A stretch of DNA of 64,000 bases from Guillardia theta CCMP2712 (taxonomy: Eukaryota > Protista > Cryptophyta): positions 94,106 to 158,105 of the forward strand of contig NW_005434555.1 of assembly GCF_000315625.1 (NCBI RefSeq). The letters are read 5' to 3'. Each line of letters begins with the position of its first letter. The stretch's first letter is position 1. The position numbers and the translations under genes are program-made. This document shows, piece by piece, positions 51,355-63,488 of the stretch. The notes beneath the pieces were generated by a model, which made no database searches, was not told the origin of the DNA, and saw only the letters and a program-made list of their open reading frames with translations.

Positions 51355-52905
51355 ATGCAGGTGGCGGTGGCGGTGGTGATGGTGATGGTGATGGCGGGAG
51401 TTGGGGGATCAGAGGAGCAGGAGGGAGAGAGCTTCAGGATAGCGGAGGGCTGGAAGGGGAGAGGAGGCGGGTTGTCCCAGTTGCAATGGAGCGATGTGGG
51501 GTCGGTCGAACAGATCCGCCGAGGAGGAGGATGGATAAGAGTGACAGCGCGGATGGTGGAGGAAGAAGGAGAGCACTACAGACAGTTCGTCTTCGAGGGA
51601 GCTTGCGCGAGCGAGCACCTCGTGCTGCTTCACAGAGTTTGTGGAACGGACGATGTAGAGATAGTTCGCACTATGAAGCAGTTGCGCTGCAGACATGCGA
51701 GTGATCAGGCCAACGTCTCGGTTCATGTCCCTGCCATGCATCCAGGCACCTACGTCTTCAGGTATTCTCTGCTCGACCGGTTCTTGGCTGGAACCGATAT
51801 GGACGAGGTACGAAGTGAGCACAAGCTCTCGTTGACTGCTCCTGCTGCTCCTACTCAATCTAGCACACTCGAGAACCCCGCAACAAGCATGTGCGACCAG
51901 CAGGAGGGAATCGACCTCTCCATCATCTTTGCTGTCAGGAACGACGACCATGGCGGGAACTTCCTCGGCAGGTTTCGCAAGTCGCTGGAGTCCATGGCCA
52001 AGTTCCCCTGGTCCTCCTTTGGGGTGCGCGCGGAGATCGTCGTGTGCGTGTGGGAGGATCCTGCAGGGAAGCCTCTGCTCCTGGACTCACTGGGGAGGAA
52101 TGGCAGCAGCTTCCTTGGCATCGACTACTTCCATGACGCAGGGTTGACCATCAGGCTGATCGAAGTGCCGCACAGCGTCGCCAAGTCGGTTTCCAACCCC
52201 TTGAACCTCAGCCTACCGCAGTACCTCGCCAAGAACGTGGCGATGAGGAGGAGCCACGGGCGTTACGTCCTGATCACCAACGCTGACTGCATCCTGAGCT
52301 TCAGTCTCGCCAGTGCCGTCGTGGACGTCGTGCTGGAGGACGTGCTGGAGGAGAGCGGCGACGGGGAGAGGTTCTACGTAGCCATGCGGGAGGACATGAG
52401 CCCTGAGACTAGCAGGGCTTTGGAGTTTCCCTTCAAAGGAACCATCACCATGCACGAGGGGGAGGCTTTCAACCCCTTCCAGGAGCGCCTGGAAGCCTCT
52501 TATGCCGTGCGGGAGTTCAGCAACGTGTACAGAGAGACTAGTCTCTTCCAGGGGCTCCTCAACGTCGGAGACTTCATGCTTCTCCCTCGGAGAGTCTTGC
52601 TCAAGTCCAACGGATACTCGCAGTTTCACCATCCTTTCGGCTTGGATGCTGAGTACGTGTGCAGACTCTCCCTCCTCCACGGCTACACTGCCACCCTCTT
52701 CCCTCCCCCTCTGCTTGTCTACCATCTTTACCATCCGCACGCATACAACTTCTCCCATCCTTCCTTCCCCTGGCAGCAGGCATGTGAGGCATACGAGGCC
52801 GGTCAGGAGCACGAGCTGCTACATGGCTGGGTGAGGAGTGACTGGGGCCTGGTAACAGAGACCCTGTCCGAGATGTGTATCCTGCCCAATGGGGCTGTAG
52901 TCTGA
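51355..52905 (+). CDS. Secretory-pathway GT-A fold (GT2-like) glycosyltransferase
   Basis: Hydrophobic leader; LSIIFAVRNDDHGGNFLGR; AKNVAMRRSHGRYVLITNADCIL; GDFMLL; VYHLYHP. Single ORF. Confidence 0.8.
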   Translation: MQVAVAVVMVMVMAGVGGSEEQEGESFRIAEGWKGRGGGLSQLQWSDVGSVEQIRRGGGWIRVTARMVEEEGEHYRQFVFEGACASEHLVLLHRVCGTDDVEIVRTMKQLRCRHASDQANVSVHVPAMHPGTYVFRYSLLDRFLAGTDMDEVRSEHKLSLTAPAAPTQSSTLENPATSMCDQQEGIDLSIIFAVRNDDHGGNFLGRFRKSLESMAKFPWSSFGVRAEIVVCVWEDPAGKPLLLDSLGRNGSSFLGIDYFHDAGLTIRLIEVPHSVAKSVSNPLNLSLPQYLAKNVAMRRSHGRYVLITNADCILSFSLASAVVDVVLEDVLEESGDGERFYVAMREDMSPETSRALEFPFKGTITMHEGEAFNPFQERLEASYAVREFSNVYRETSLFQGLLNVGDFMLLPRRVLLKSNGYSQFHHPFGLDAEYVCRLSLLHGYTATLFPPPLLVYHLYHPHAYNFSHPSFPWQQACEAYEAGQEHELLHGWVRSDWGLVTETLSEMCILPNGAVV

Positions 52906-53093
52906 CGCCTCTGCTCAATCTCCTGAACCGTCGCAGCATACAAGACCACAATGGACAAAGTCTTGCAGGAGGCGAAGGAAGCGAAGTTGACACATTAAAC
53001 AGCATTTACCTGTCCATATCTACACATGTACATCTCAAGAACATTCGAGCAAGGTTTGGGCGTCTTCTCCACATCAGAGTGTACACACCTACC

Positions 53094-56000
53094 TCATTGA
53101 TCCTCCGACAGCATTTCCACCACTTGCATCAGCTTGTCAAGCTTTCCAAGCAGCTCAATGATCGACTGAGTGTGGGAATTCAACGTTGCCTCTTTCTCCG
53201 CGAGCTTCTTGGAGAGATCCGTCACCCTGGTCCTCAGCGCGTCGATTTCCAGCCGGTCGATGCGGAAGTTGAGGTCATCGTAGTTCTGATTGATCTGACG
53301 GGACATGTAAGAGAGGGAAGCACAAGGATGGAAAGATGAGATGAGGGAGGGAGGGAGGGAGGGAGGGAGGGAGGGAGGGAGGGAACGATGGAGCATAGGA
53401 GGATGAAAAACTTACCTTCTTCTCTTGAGACGCGTAAAGGTCCTGCAAGCTCTGGATCTGCGAGGCATCTTGGGAGCTGTTCGGTTGCTGCTTGACATCT
53501 TCGATCGTCTTTGACCATTCTTGCAACTTTGACGGACTTCAGATTCGGCAGAGACAAGAAGCACAACAACATCACCTTGTCAACAGCTCCTTGCAGAGCC
53601 TCGAGCGAGGTCTTCACCTGCGATGTTGCTTCCAGGCTGGTCCGCACGCGCTCCTCGACGATGGTGATCACTTGTCCTTGGCTGCTCTCCTCAAAACTTT
53701 TCATCTTGCTGGATAAAACCTCCTCCAACTTCGCCTCAAGCTCCCGCAGCTCTTTCTCGATTTCCGCCTTCAACTCGCTCTGTCCTGCCTTGTCGTTGTC
53801 TACTGAAGCCTTCAGCTCCTCAATGCTCTGATTCGTCCTCTCCCCCACTTTGCTGATCTCGGACATGCAGCTCTCTGCAGTCTCAGAAGCTTTCTGCGTC
53901 AACGTCTCCATCATCTCTGTCTTGGCTGCTTGTACCAGCTCCTGGCACTGGTCGCGCGACATCAGCTGTGACATAGACGTTTCCACATCAAGGATCTTCT
54001 GCTCCAGCGCTGATGCCGATTCTCGAGTCCCGTTTGCAATCGCCTCCTTCTCCTCTATCGCCTTGAGCGCTGCTAACTTGATCTCCTCGTCGCCCTTCTG
54101 CCTCGCCTCCTCCTCCGCCTTGAGCTTCTCCTCCATCTCTGCTCCCTGCTTCGCCATCGCCGCCTCAAGCTCCGTGCGGTCCTTCTGCCTGGCGCTGGCC
54201 TCCTGCTCGTCGCCCTTCTGCCTCGCCTCCTCCTCCGCCTTGAGCTTCTCCTCCATCTCTGCTCCCTGCTTCGCCATCGCCGCCTCAAGCTCCGTGCGGT
54301 CCTTCTGCCTGGCACTGGCCTCCTGCTCGTCGCCCTTCTGCCTCGCCTCCTCCTCGGCCTGAAGGCGGCTGGTGAGGTCGGCGGTCCTGGTATCCAGGTC
54401 CTGCCGGATCGAGCTTGCTTCGGCCTCTCGCTCGCTCTTCTCCTGACCAATCGCTTCTTCCAAGCTTGTCTTCTGCGTGTTGATCAGCAGTAGAACTTCC
54501 TCGATCCGTTTCCCCGCGCTCTCAGTTGATTCTCGAGTCCCGTTCAGAATCGCCTCCTTCTCCTCCAGAGCTTTCTCCATAGCACCCTTTGTGTCGTCAT
54601 CGCCCTTCTGCCTGGCGCTGGCCTCCTCCTCGTCGCCCTTCTGCCTAGCCTCCTCCTCCGCCTTGAGCTTCTCCTCCATCTCTGCTCCCTGCTTCGCCAT
54701 CGCCGCCTCAAGCTCCGTGCGGCCCTTCTGCCTGGCACTGGCCTCCTCCTCGTCGCCCTTCTGCCTCGCCTCCTCCTCCGCCTTGAGCTTCTCCTCCATC
54801 TCTGCTCCCTGCTTCGCCATCGCCGCCTCAAGCTCCGTGCGGTCCTTCTGCCTGGCACTGGCCTCCTGCTCGTCGCCCTTCTGCCTCGCCTCCTCCTCCG
54901 CCTTGAGCTTCTCCTCCATCTCTGCTCCCTGCTTCGCCATCGCCGCCTCAAGCTCCGTGCGGTCCTTCTGCCTGGCACTGGCCTCCTCCTCGTCGCCCTT
55001 CTGCCTCGCCTCCTCCTCGGCCTGAAGGCGGCTGGTGAGGTCGGCGGTTCTGGTATCCAGGTCCTGCCGGATCGAGCTTGCTTCGGCCTCTCGCTCGCTC
55101 TTCTCATGGTTCACAGCTTGTTCTAGCTCAGACCTGACAGCTTGTAACATCGCGCTGGTGTCTGACAGTTTAGCTGCCGCAGAGGTCCCCTCTTGTCTGC
55201 GGTTCTCCTCCTCCGCCTTGAGCTTCTCCTCCATCTCTGCTCCCTGCTTCGCCATCGCCGCCTCAAGCTCTGCACGGTCCTTCTGCCTGGCGCTGGCCTC
55301 CTGCTCGTCGCCCTTCTGCCTCGCCTCCTCCTCCGCCTTGAGCTTCTCCTCCATCTCTGCTCCCTGCTTCGCCATCGCCGCCTCAAGCTCCGTGCGGTCC
55401 TTCTGCCTGGCACTGGCCTCCTGCTCGTCGCCCTTCTGCCTCGCCTCCTCCTCCGCCTTGAGCTTCTCCTCCATCTCTGCTCCCTGCTTCGCCATCGCCG
55501 CCTCAAGCTCCGTGCGGTCCTTCTGCCTGGCACTGGCCTCCTGCTCGTCGCCCTTCTGCCTCGCCTCCTCCTCGGCCTGAAGGCGGCTGGTGAGGTCGGC
55601 GGTTCTGGTATCCAGGTCCTGCCGGATCGAGCTTGTATCAGCATTCCTCTCTTCTTTCTCCTTGCGCACTGCTTCAGCCAATCGTTTCTGGAATCTTTCT
55701 TCAATCTCATCTCCCAGATCGTGCATTTCATTCTGTATTCCCCTCTGAACGTCATCATTCGATCCTTGGTACTCACTCAGGGTCCCTTTAAGAGCCTGCA
55801 GCGAGGACTCTAGCATTTGGATCTTCTGTTCTAGAGCCTCTACGGATGCCTGTCTCTCATCATTTTCCTTCTTCATTGCTTCTTCATGCTTCTCAAAACG
55901 TTGGTTTGTATCATGCTCGAATGCAGATTGGCTTTCGCTCAACTTGGTATACAGGCCCGACAAATCTGCTTGCAAAACTTCAATCGTTGATTCAAGCTCC

Positions 56001-56962
56001 CGCTTCATGGCGTTCGATTCCTGGGCCATCTTTTCCACATTCTTTTTCAAATGCTTTTGATTTGCCACGTAAATCTTCTTCAGTTTCTCTTCTGTCGTAG
56101 TGATGAAAGTTTCGATCGACGAGTTGAAAGCATTCAGAGAGTTTGATATGTTCCTGAATTCTGCCCTGGACCTTTGGTCGAGCTTCTCAGTGTTCTGTCT
56201 GGTTTCTTTCCGTATAGTTTCAATATCTCCGGCTGTCTGATCTAGGATTGACTGCAGCAAGTCTTCTTTCCAGGATTTCATGCTTGTTTTGAACGTGGTG
56301 GAATCCCTGGAAATCCTCTCTAGTTGAGCGTTCAAGGCGTTTTGCTTGTCATCAAGATCGTTGTGAATCTGAATAAAGTCCTTGTGCTTGGCCTCAGTCT
56401 TGATCGTCAACGAGTCAATCTGCATAGCAAGCGACCTCTCGATTGAGCTCTTTACATCCAACGAGTCCTTGCGGCATGCTTGTATCTCAGCAAACATCCT
56501 CTTCTCGAACGTGGCCATCTTCTCATTCAGATCGTAGGTCTTTTCTTTCAAGGTGTTCCTGACCTCACGTACATCAGCCTGCAGCCGACTTGAAGAGCTC
56601 TGCTCTGCCATCTGCGCTCGTCGATTTCCCTCTTTCAATTGTGATATTTCATTCTTCAAAGACATCTTCTCCCTGTTGATCTGCCCCACCTGAGCCTCGA
56701 GTTCTCCTATTCTTCCTTTGAGTTCCACGAGCATACTCAGCCACCCGGGTCCGTCTCTTGACGCTCTTGCGCTCAAAGGGTTCACTCCATCTCCTCCCTC
56801 CACGCTCATACTTTCAGGAGGGATTGGGGGCTTCAAACCCCTGACCCGGATAGGGCTGAGTGGAGGAGACGATGAGGACGAGGATCGGGAGGGAGGAGCC
56901 AGGGAGGGTAGGGAGGGAGGAGGCGACTTGGGATGCATAAATTGCGGTTGCTGCTCCAGCAT
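53094..56962 (-). CDS. Large coiled-coil protein with internal 40-aa tandem repeats
   Basis: 1242-aa ORF plus small 3' exons; repeat unit EEEARQKGDEQEASARQKDRTELEAAMAKQGAEMEEKLKA. Confidence 0.85.
54085..55635. repeat. Coding 120-bp tandem repeats arranged in three higher-order blocks
   Basis: Each block is led by SSIRQDLDTRTADLTSRLQA and followed by 2-3 near-identical 120-bp units. Confidence 0.95.
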
Positions 56963-57902
56963 CGCTACACGACCATGGCAGTTAGAGAGGGTGGTGATAG
57001 GACCCCGTTTTGACTACCCTCTCTTCTGTGGACAAAAACACCCCTCCATCAAAAACATGACCCCCTTTCTCTTGACCACCCCCTAAGTCATGCGCCGGAG
57101 GAGTAAAAGAATAGTAGGTGGGGGTGTACACGAATTGGGGGGTAGAAAAGGAAGAGGGTGCGGGGCTGAGGGGGTAGTTGTACCAAAGTAGTAATACATA
57201 TGATGGTTTCAAGGGGGTAGAAATAGGGAAATTGTAGGGGTGGTATTGTGTTGATGGGGTGTCGAAGAAGGGGGTAGTCCGAATGGTTCCAAAAATCATT
57301 GTGGTCAATATCCCAAGAAGTTTCTGTCAGAATTAAGTTAAAAGTTATGAAAATTTAACAAATTTTGGATAAATTTTCCATAATTAGGTTAATTTCTTGA
57401 TGAAACAACGTGATTTAAGTCCAACTCAGTTCCGAACCGTCCACCTCTTTACGGTTCAAAGAGGTTTGATCAACTATTTAAGCTAGAACTGAGCTAAAAT
57501 TAACGCTATAGTGCTTGAAAGTAGAATTTTTAAGCTAACTTCTCAGCGATTAAGTCTCATCTCTTTTATTTTAGAGCTAAAGTACTTATTTTAAATCAAG
57601 TACTCTTATTTTAGATAAGAAGTCAGCTAATTTTGAAGGATGCCCCGGGGCCCAGACCCTCCCAGTGCCGAACTTTTGAAAACAATGGCGAGGAGACGAA
57701 TGGCAGGAGGGAGGGAGGGAACGGAAGGCGATGAATGGTTCAGGGATGGAAAGAGTGACGTGAGGAAGGAAGAATGTTGGAGAGTGATTCTCAAGGAGAT
57801 GGGCAAGTGCTACAACATTGATATTTCTGCTTGTTCCAACACATGTTGTGAACAAAGATGAAATTTTAATCCTGATGCTTTTGGAGCAGGAATACGCCTG
57901 AC

Positions 57903-60640
57903 ATGGCGTCGTCAAAGTGCCACAGGCTACCGTTCTTGTAGAGAAATCCGATCAGGCACTTTAGAGCTGTGTCGAAATGCTGACTTACCGAGGAGAAATC
58001 GTTTTTGTGTTCAATCATTATGTTTGCAAGAAGCCAAGGGAAACTGACGGCAAGATGGTATGAGGTTGCAGGCAGCGTCGTGTCCGTGCTGAATTCACCT
58101 CCAGGTCGAGAGACGAGAGTTCTCGGTCATGTTGCGCAACGTGGAATCCCGCGCTGAGGACAAGCAGAAGGGGAAGAGGCCCAACAAGCAGAGTTCTTTC
58201 AAGAAGCACCCTCCCCGTGAAGAGCTCAGGATCTTCTTCTGGGATGACGTGTGTGCTTGTCTTCTGACGTCTTCTCTTCTCATCTTCCGTTGGCAGTGGG
58301 CGGATGCTTGCAAGTTTCTCAAAGTTGGCAACGTCATAGAATGCCGAGGTACGAGCCATGGCGATCACAACAAGATGAACAAATGCACATCTTCTGATGT
58401 ATTAATGATGACTTGATGATGACTTGCTGTGCAGGGTTCCGAAAAGAATCTCCCATGGAAGAGTCTCAGTCGCAGTTGAACCTTGATCCCGCAAGCTTGT
58501 TCAAAGACGGAGTCTTTGAACTGCATGTGGACAATGCCGACCCGGACACGGGGCGGAGACTCTTCTGCGATAACAACGGATGGGAGGTGGAGATCAATGA
58601 CAAGACCTTGGATGTACAGATCAATGAGAAGGAATGGGAGAGAGTGAGGAGGAAAGTCGGGAAGAAGCAGAAAGACCCAGCTCCTATCGTCTATGCGAAG
58701 CTCAATGAACTTGAAAAGTTCGTGGAAGGCAACTCAAAGAACCCACTGATTGGCAGGCACGAGAACGAAGCTTCCTCCTCCTCTGCAGCTGTAGCTGTTT
58801 CTGTCCTCCCTCGTGCTCCTCACTCACAAGCTTGCCAGAACGCGCCAGCTCAAGAGCCCAATCGACTGAATTTCTACGGGATAGTTGTAGACTACTCTCA
58901 TCCCAAGAAGACCAAGGGACCTGACTTCTGCACTACCCTGACGGTGACACTTCGAGTCCCTTCCTCCTCCTCCTGAGCAGCCGCAGGTTGTGGACGAGAC
59001 CATGCCGAAGGGCGTGCGCATCAACCTGTTCATGGACGAGAAGTCAAGCCCGGTAACTCTCGTCCACCTCGTTTCCAGCTGTGGTGACACGAAGCAAGGT
59101 CGTGCGGAGCATAGGAGACGTTATCAGGATCCATCGCGTCAAAGTCGTAGAGTTCGATGGCGGGCTGCAGGTGCAACGAGGGCCAGGATGTAACTTCTGC
59201 TTGTTCTCCCCGAGCGACTTCCATGGTAGACTTGCTCTTGCTCAGGGACGACGGCAGCAGTGACGCGTTCGGCAGGCAAGGAGGTTGACTACGACTCTGA
59301 TGAGGTGGAGGAGGACATCCAGCCATACCAGTGCCGTACGCACAAGAGCGGAGATACCAAGTTCATCCCCCGGCCGGGAGATCGCAAGTCAGTGATGGAG
59401 CTTTCGGCTTGGGGCGAGAATTTCCTAGCAACTCTCCCTCCCAACTCAGGCAATCGGATGTGAAGTCTTGCTCCTCGACCTGATAGTAGCGAGAAGACGC
59501 AGGTCAGGACGAGTACGTGAAGAAACTTTGCCACATCACAGACCTCGACAAGCCGTTCGACATCTACTGCTCCTTGAACTCACAGCTCCCGTCCGACAAC
59601 GGCTGGATGTACTTCAGGGTTGACCCGCCGCTGCCCTGCTGCGACCGACCTGCTCACATGACCCGGCAGGTGTGGGATGGTTCGGATCTTCCGCTGCAGC
59701 AGCTGGAGAACAACCTGAACCAGAACCTCAAGAGCGGGGAGGAGGTGAGCGAGCGGATGGAGCTGCTCCAGCATCATCCAGGGCTTCCCTTCGACGGGGC
59801 CGTGCCGAGCCTAGGGTCCTTACTAGTGATCGGGCTTGAGGTCAAGGCCCTGCACAACGAGCTGATCCAGTCTATCAAGTTCCAAGGGAGCGCAAAGAGA
59901 GCGAGCGACCGGGAGTGGTGGTGCAAGATCCGGAACCTGGTAGGGGGCCCGGGCCGCCGGGGACTCAGAGTGTGACTGGAGTGTGTGACGCTGCCGTAGA
60001 GACTGCAAGGGGTGGAGGTCAACGACGGGAACAAGAGGGTCTTGATGGGGATCTTGAGCGACAAGTCCTCTGTCATGACTCTGCCAAGCGTGCACTGGAA
60101 GGTGACGAGGCCCTCCCCAGCTCGTTCCCAGCTGACTTCCCCAGATCTGCAAGCTGAAAGCGGAGTACGACCGACGAGTCTCTCAGGCCGCTGGCCCTAG
60201 TGGAGGGGGAGCGGCGGGAGAGCAAGGGCTGGCCCTCGAGGAGAATGTCGCCGGGCCCTCGCGCCCCAAGAGAGCGAGACGGGGCGAGCAGCCGATAAAC
60301 ATGGCGACCAGCGCATGGTTCGGCGCAGCTCCTCTCAGCTCCATCGCGCAGGCTCGTCTTCCCTGCTGTGCCTCTCTCCTCTCTCACTCCTCCCTCAGAT
60401 CCTCCAGGCGGTTAGGGAGGAACCTTGCGGCAAGTTCCGATGCCGAGTGATGTGCGAAAGCTTCTCCCCGCGGAAGGTGACTGGCCGTTGACGACTCCAG
60501 CCTGTGACCAGCTGGTCTTAGGCCTCCGAGTTTGTTCGGTGGTCACGGCTGGAGCGTCAGTATGTGTGTATCTTCGACATCGCCGTGAAGGACGCGACCG
60601 GCTCCCTCCTCGCCACCGTCGCCTACGAAGACTTCGAGGC
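57903..60640 (+). CDS. POT1: POT1/TEBP-alpha telomere single-strand DNA-binding protein (multi-exon; start uncertain; 3' end lost in gap)
   Basis: OB1: RLNFYGIVVDYSHPKKTKGPDFCTTLT|VVDE...INLF...|VVRSIGDVIRIHRVKVVEFDG. OB2: FDIYC...YFR|VWDGSDLP. C-terminal OB: SSIAQ|ILQ...GKFRCRV...P and FDIAVKDATGSLLATV. Confidence 0.85.
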
Positions 60641-60843
60641 AGACGCTCTCCCCCTTCTCATGCTATCATCATCGTTCTCTTCTCTCCCTCCTCCTATCGT
60701 CATCGTTCTCCTCCTCTTCTTCTCCTTCTCTGTTATCGTCATCATTATCATCATTCTCCTGCTCCTCCTCCTCGATGTTTGCCCTTCCTCCCCCCCCCCC
60801 ACCCCCCCGCCCCCACCGCCTCCTCCTCCTCTCTCTCTCTCTC

Positions 60844-60943
60844 NNNNNNNNNNNNNNNNNNNNNNNNNNNNNNNNNNNNNNNNNNNNNNNNNNNNNNNNN
60901 NNNNNNNNNNNNNNNNNNNNNNNNNNNNNNNNNNNNNNNNNNN
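60844..60943. other. Assembly gap (100 N)
   Basis: Run of N flanked by C/T-rich and G/A-rich simple repeats. Confidence 1.
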
Positions 60944-61022
60944 GGAGGAGGGAGGAGGGAGGAGGGGGAAGAGAGAAGGAGGGAGGAGGGAGGAGGGAGG
61001 AGGGAGGAGGGAGGAGGGAGGA

Positions 61023-61502
61023 TCACTTGGATGGTTGTCTCAGCATCAAGTTGTACAAGTCCCCAGCCGGGCAGAGCTCGACGACCAGGTACAGCATGGT
61101 AGCGTCCTGAAAGGAGCCCGCGGATCGAGCGATGCAGGGATGGTTGAAATGCTGGACTAACTCTCTTTCCATGAGAACGCTCCTGACCTGCTTCAGCCGC
61201 ACGACCTCCGACTTCGCCATGCACTTCACAGCGACGAACACGCCTGACTTCTTGTGCTTGCACAGCTGCACATGCCCGAACAAGCTCACACCTGCTCAGC
61301 CGTCACTCGCTCCCTTCCCAACTTAAGGGCTAAGATCGCCTATGATCTGCTTGAAATCGAAGTGGTTCTTCGACAGTCCCTCCCGCTTCACCTGCTCCTC
61401 CACCTGCCACCCCAGCAGGAACGGCTGCAGGTCGTAGTCGAACATGTCGACGTGCATGACTCGTTTGCTTGCCCCATGCAGCCATGACGTCGCTGCCCCC
61501 AT
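61023..61502 (-). CDS. AGC-family (PKA-C/PRKX-like) protein kinase, N-lobe only (remainder in gap)
   Basis: MG start; FDFKQIIG|VSLFGHVQL, VAVKCMAKSEVVRLKQVRSVLMERELV, NHPCIARSAGSFQDATMLYLVVELCPAGDLY. Confidence 0.85.
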
Positions 61503-61989
61503 CACCCCCCGCCCACTGCCATGCGGCCCGACACGGCAGGGCAACACAAAGTGAACCGGAAGAAACCAGGGAAAAGCGAGAGGGAGGACGGGGGGGGGGG
61601 TGGGGGGGGAGGGGAAGAAGTGGGGGGTAAGGGGGGGGGAAGGGGGGGAAGAGGAAAGCAAGGATGAGGAGGAAAGGAGGGAGGAGAGGAAGATGAGGAG
61701 TGTAGGACATGCAGGAGAGAAGCATAGACAATGGAAAGGGGGGGGGGGAGCAACGGGGTGTAAGGAAGACAAGGAATCGGTGAGAGGAAGGTTTCAGTCA
61801 CAAGAGTTGGGCTGTTGTGGTGCTGTTGAGGAGGGACGGATCTTCTCAATACAAGCATGCAAGATAGATACACGTGCGCAAGAACAGGGAGGAGATGAGC
61901 GAGAGTTTTATTCGACAACTTCGTCGTGGTCCGAACTATCATGTACACACCTCTTGGTCCCCGTGCACAGCACCTATAGGCAACAGCAT

Positions 61990-62867
61990 ACTTTACAACC
62001 CGTTCGAGCATGTCGTCATCACGCAACAAGATTCAATGCCCGACCGCTGCAGATCCCTGGCGCTTCTGCCAAGACAAACTCACTGACCGGGATCAACAAG
62101 TCACCCGACGCTCACGTGATACTCGGCCACGTCCTTGGCATGCCGGATGGCTTCCTTGGTAGCGCGAGCCCTACCGATCCTCTGATGGTCTGCAAGGGGA
62201 GTGAGGGCGTGAAGGCGCGAGGCAGAATCGATGACGTCACCTTCGTCGACCTGCTGTGCGTCGTCTGCCTCTTCCTCCGGCGTACTGGCTGATCCACGCG
62301 ACTTCTTCTGCTTGTTTGGAAGCCTGAGCACAAAGTCTTCAGCGTAGGAGGAAGGGGAGGAAGAGGAAGAGGAGGAGGAGGAGGACGAAGGGGGGGAAGG
62401 AGGGAGAGGAGCAACAGTTCCTCACAGGAAGGAAGCGAAAGGATCGCTCATCTTCTTAGGTCCAGACTTTCCCATCTCCTTCTTCCAGAAGCTAGAGACA
62501 GCATTTCCAACCACGTAATTCGCAAATCCCACACCTTCCACAAACTTCTCAGCGCCCACCTCCCTCTTTTCCAACGCCATTTCCCACCTTCGTGCTTCGC
62601 CCCGTATACATTGCTATGCAGAGAAGGAGGAGCTGCAGGAAGGAGCTCCTGCGCCTCCTTTGCCGATCCTGCAATGGCATGAGCAGAGCGCGAGCGGTCA
62701 AGAGCGCGGTCACCCGACACCAGCATGGCCGACAGCATGATCACACCCCCAACGGCAACGAGCGCGAAGGTTGCGAGCGCGATGGTGAAGGGAAGACCGT
62801 TCACGTAGTGACTCTGCCACCTCCCCTTCTTCAACAGTGGCGTGTCGGATCCCTTCGACCGCGCCAT
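61990..62867 (-). CDS. Hypothetical type II single-pass membrane protein
   Basis: MARSKGSDTPLL...TM (LPFTIALATFALVAVGGVIMLSAML), followed by short exons down to about 61990. Confidence 0.5.
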
Positions 62868-63488
62868 TTCTGCTCGGAAAGCAAACCGTCAAACAGGCAA
62901 AAACATCTGTCTGAAATGCTATGCTACGATTGATGGAGCAAAGCATGTGCAAATGAAACAAAGGGAGAAATGCGGAAGCGAATCGTTGAAACACAAGCGC
63001 ATTAGAAGTGTGATCCCGACCTTCCAATCTCTTGTGATCTCTTCGCTTCTCTTCAAACAGCTTGTCTGATCATCTCTTTTGATATGCTTTCGCTCATCTC
63101 TCCTATCTCGTCTGCCTCGTCTTCTCTGCCTCCTCCAGCTCTCTCCATCTTCACCTTCTCCCTCCTCCTCTCCCCTTCTACTCCTCTCCTTCTCCTCCTC
63201 TCCTTCTCCTCCTCTCCTCAGCCTCATTTGTTTCCTCCCCTGTCTCTTACGCCATCGTAACGTCACCCCCTGCCACACCACCCTCTTACCCTCCTTGCCC
63301 CCACCCCCATCTTTCATGGGGAACCCCTATATTATCCTGCGTTTGCTCGACAAAATAACCCACCCCTTTGTCTGATTTTATCACCCCTACCTGCCCCCAA
63401 GCCCTTAGGGAGTGCATCTGAGGCAGACCCTCCTGTCGTCTTCCCTTGTCTCCTTCACTGGGCTACGCACAAGAACCCGCGCATACAT

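Noticed and set aside
53850-55813. Arg-rich and Ser/Leu-rich overlapping ORFs
   Set aside because: Shadow frames of the repetitive coiled-coil gene.
56980-57300. Interstitial telomeric repeats near POT1
   Set aside because: G-rich but no tandem TTAGGG/TTTAGGG units; same pattern as other upstream regions.
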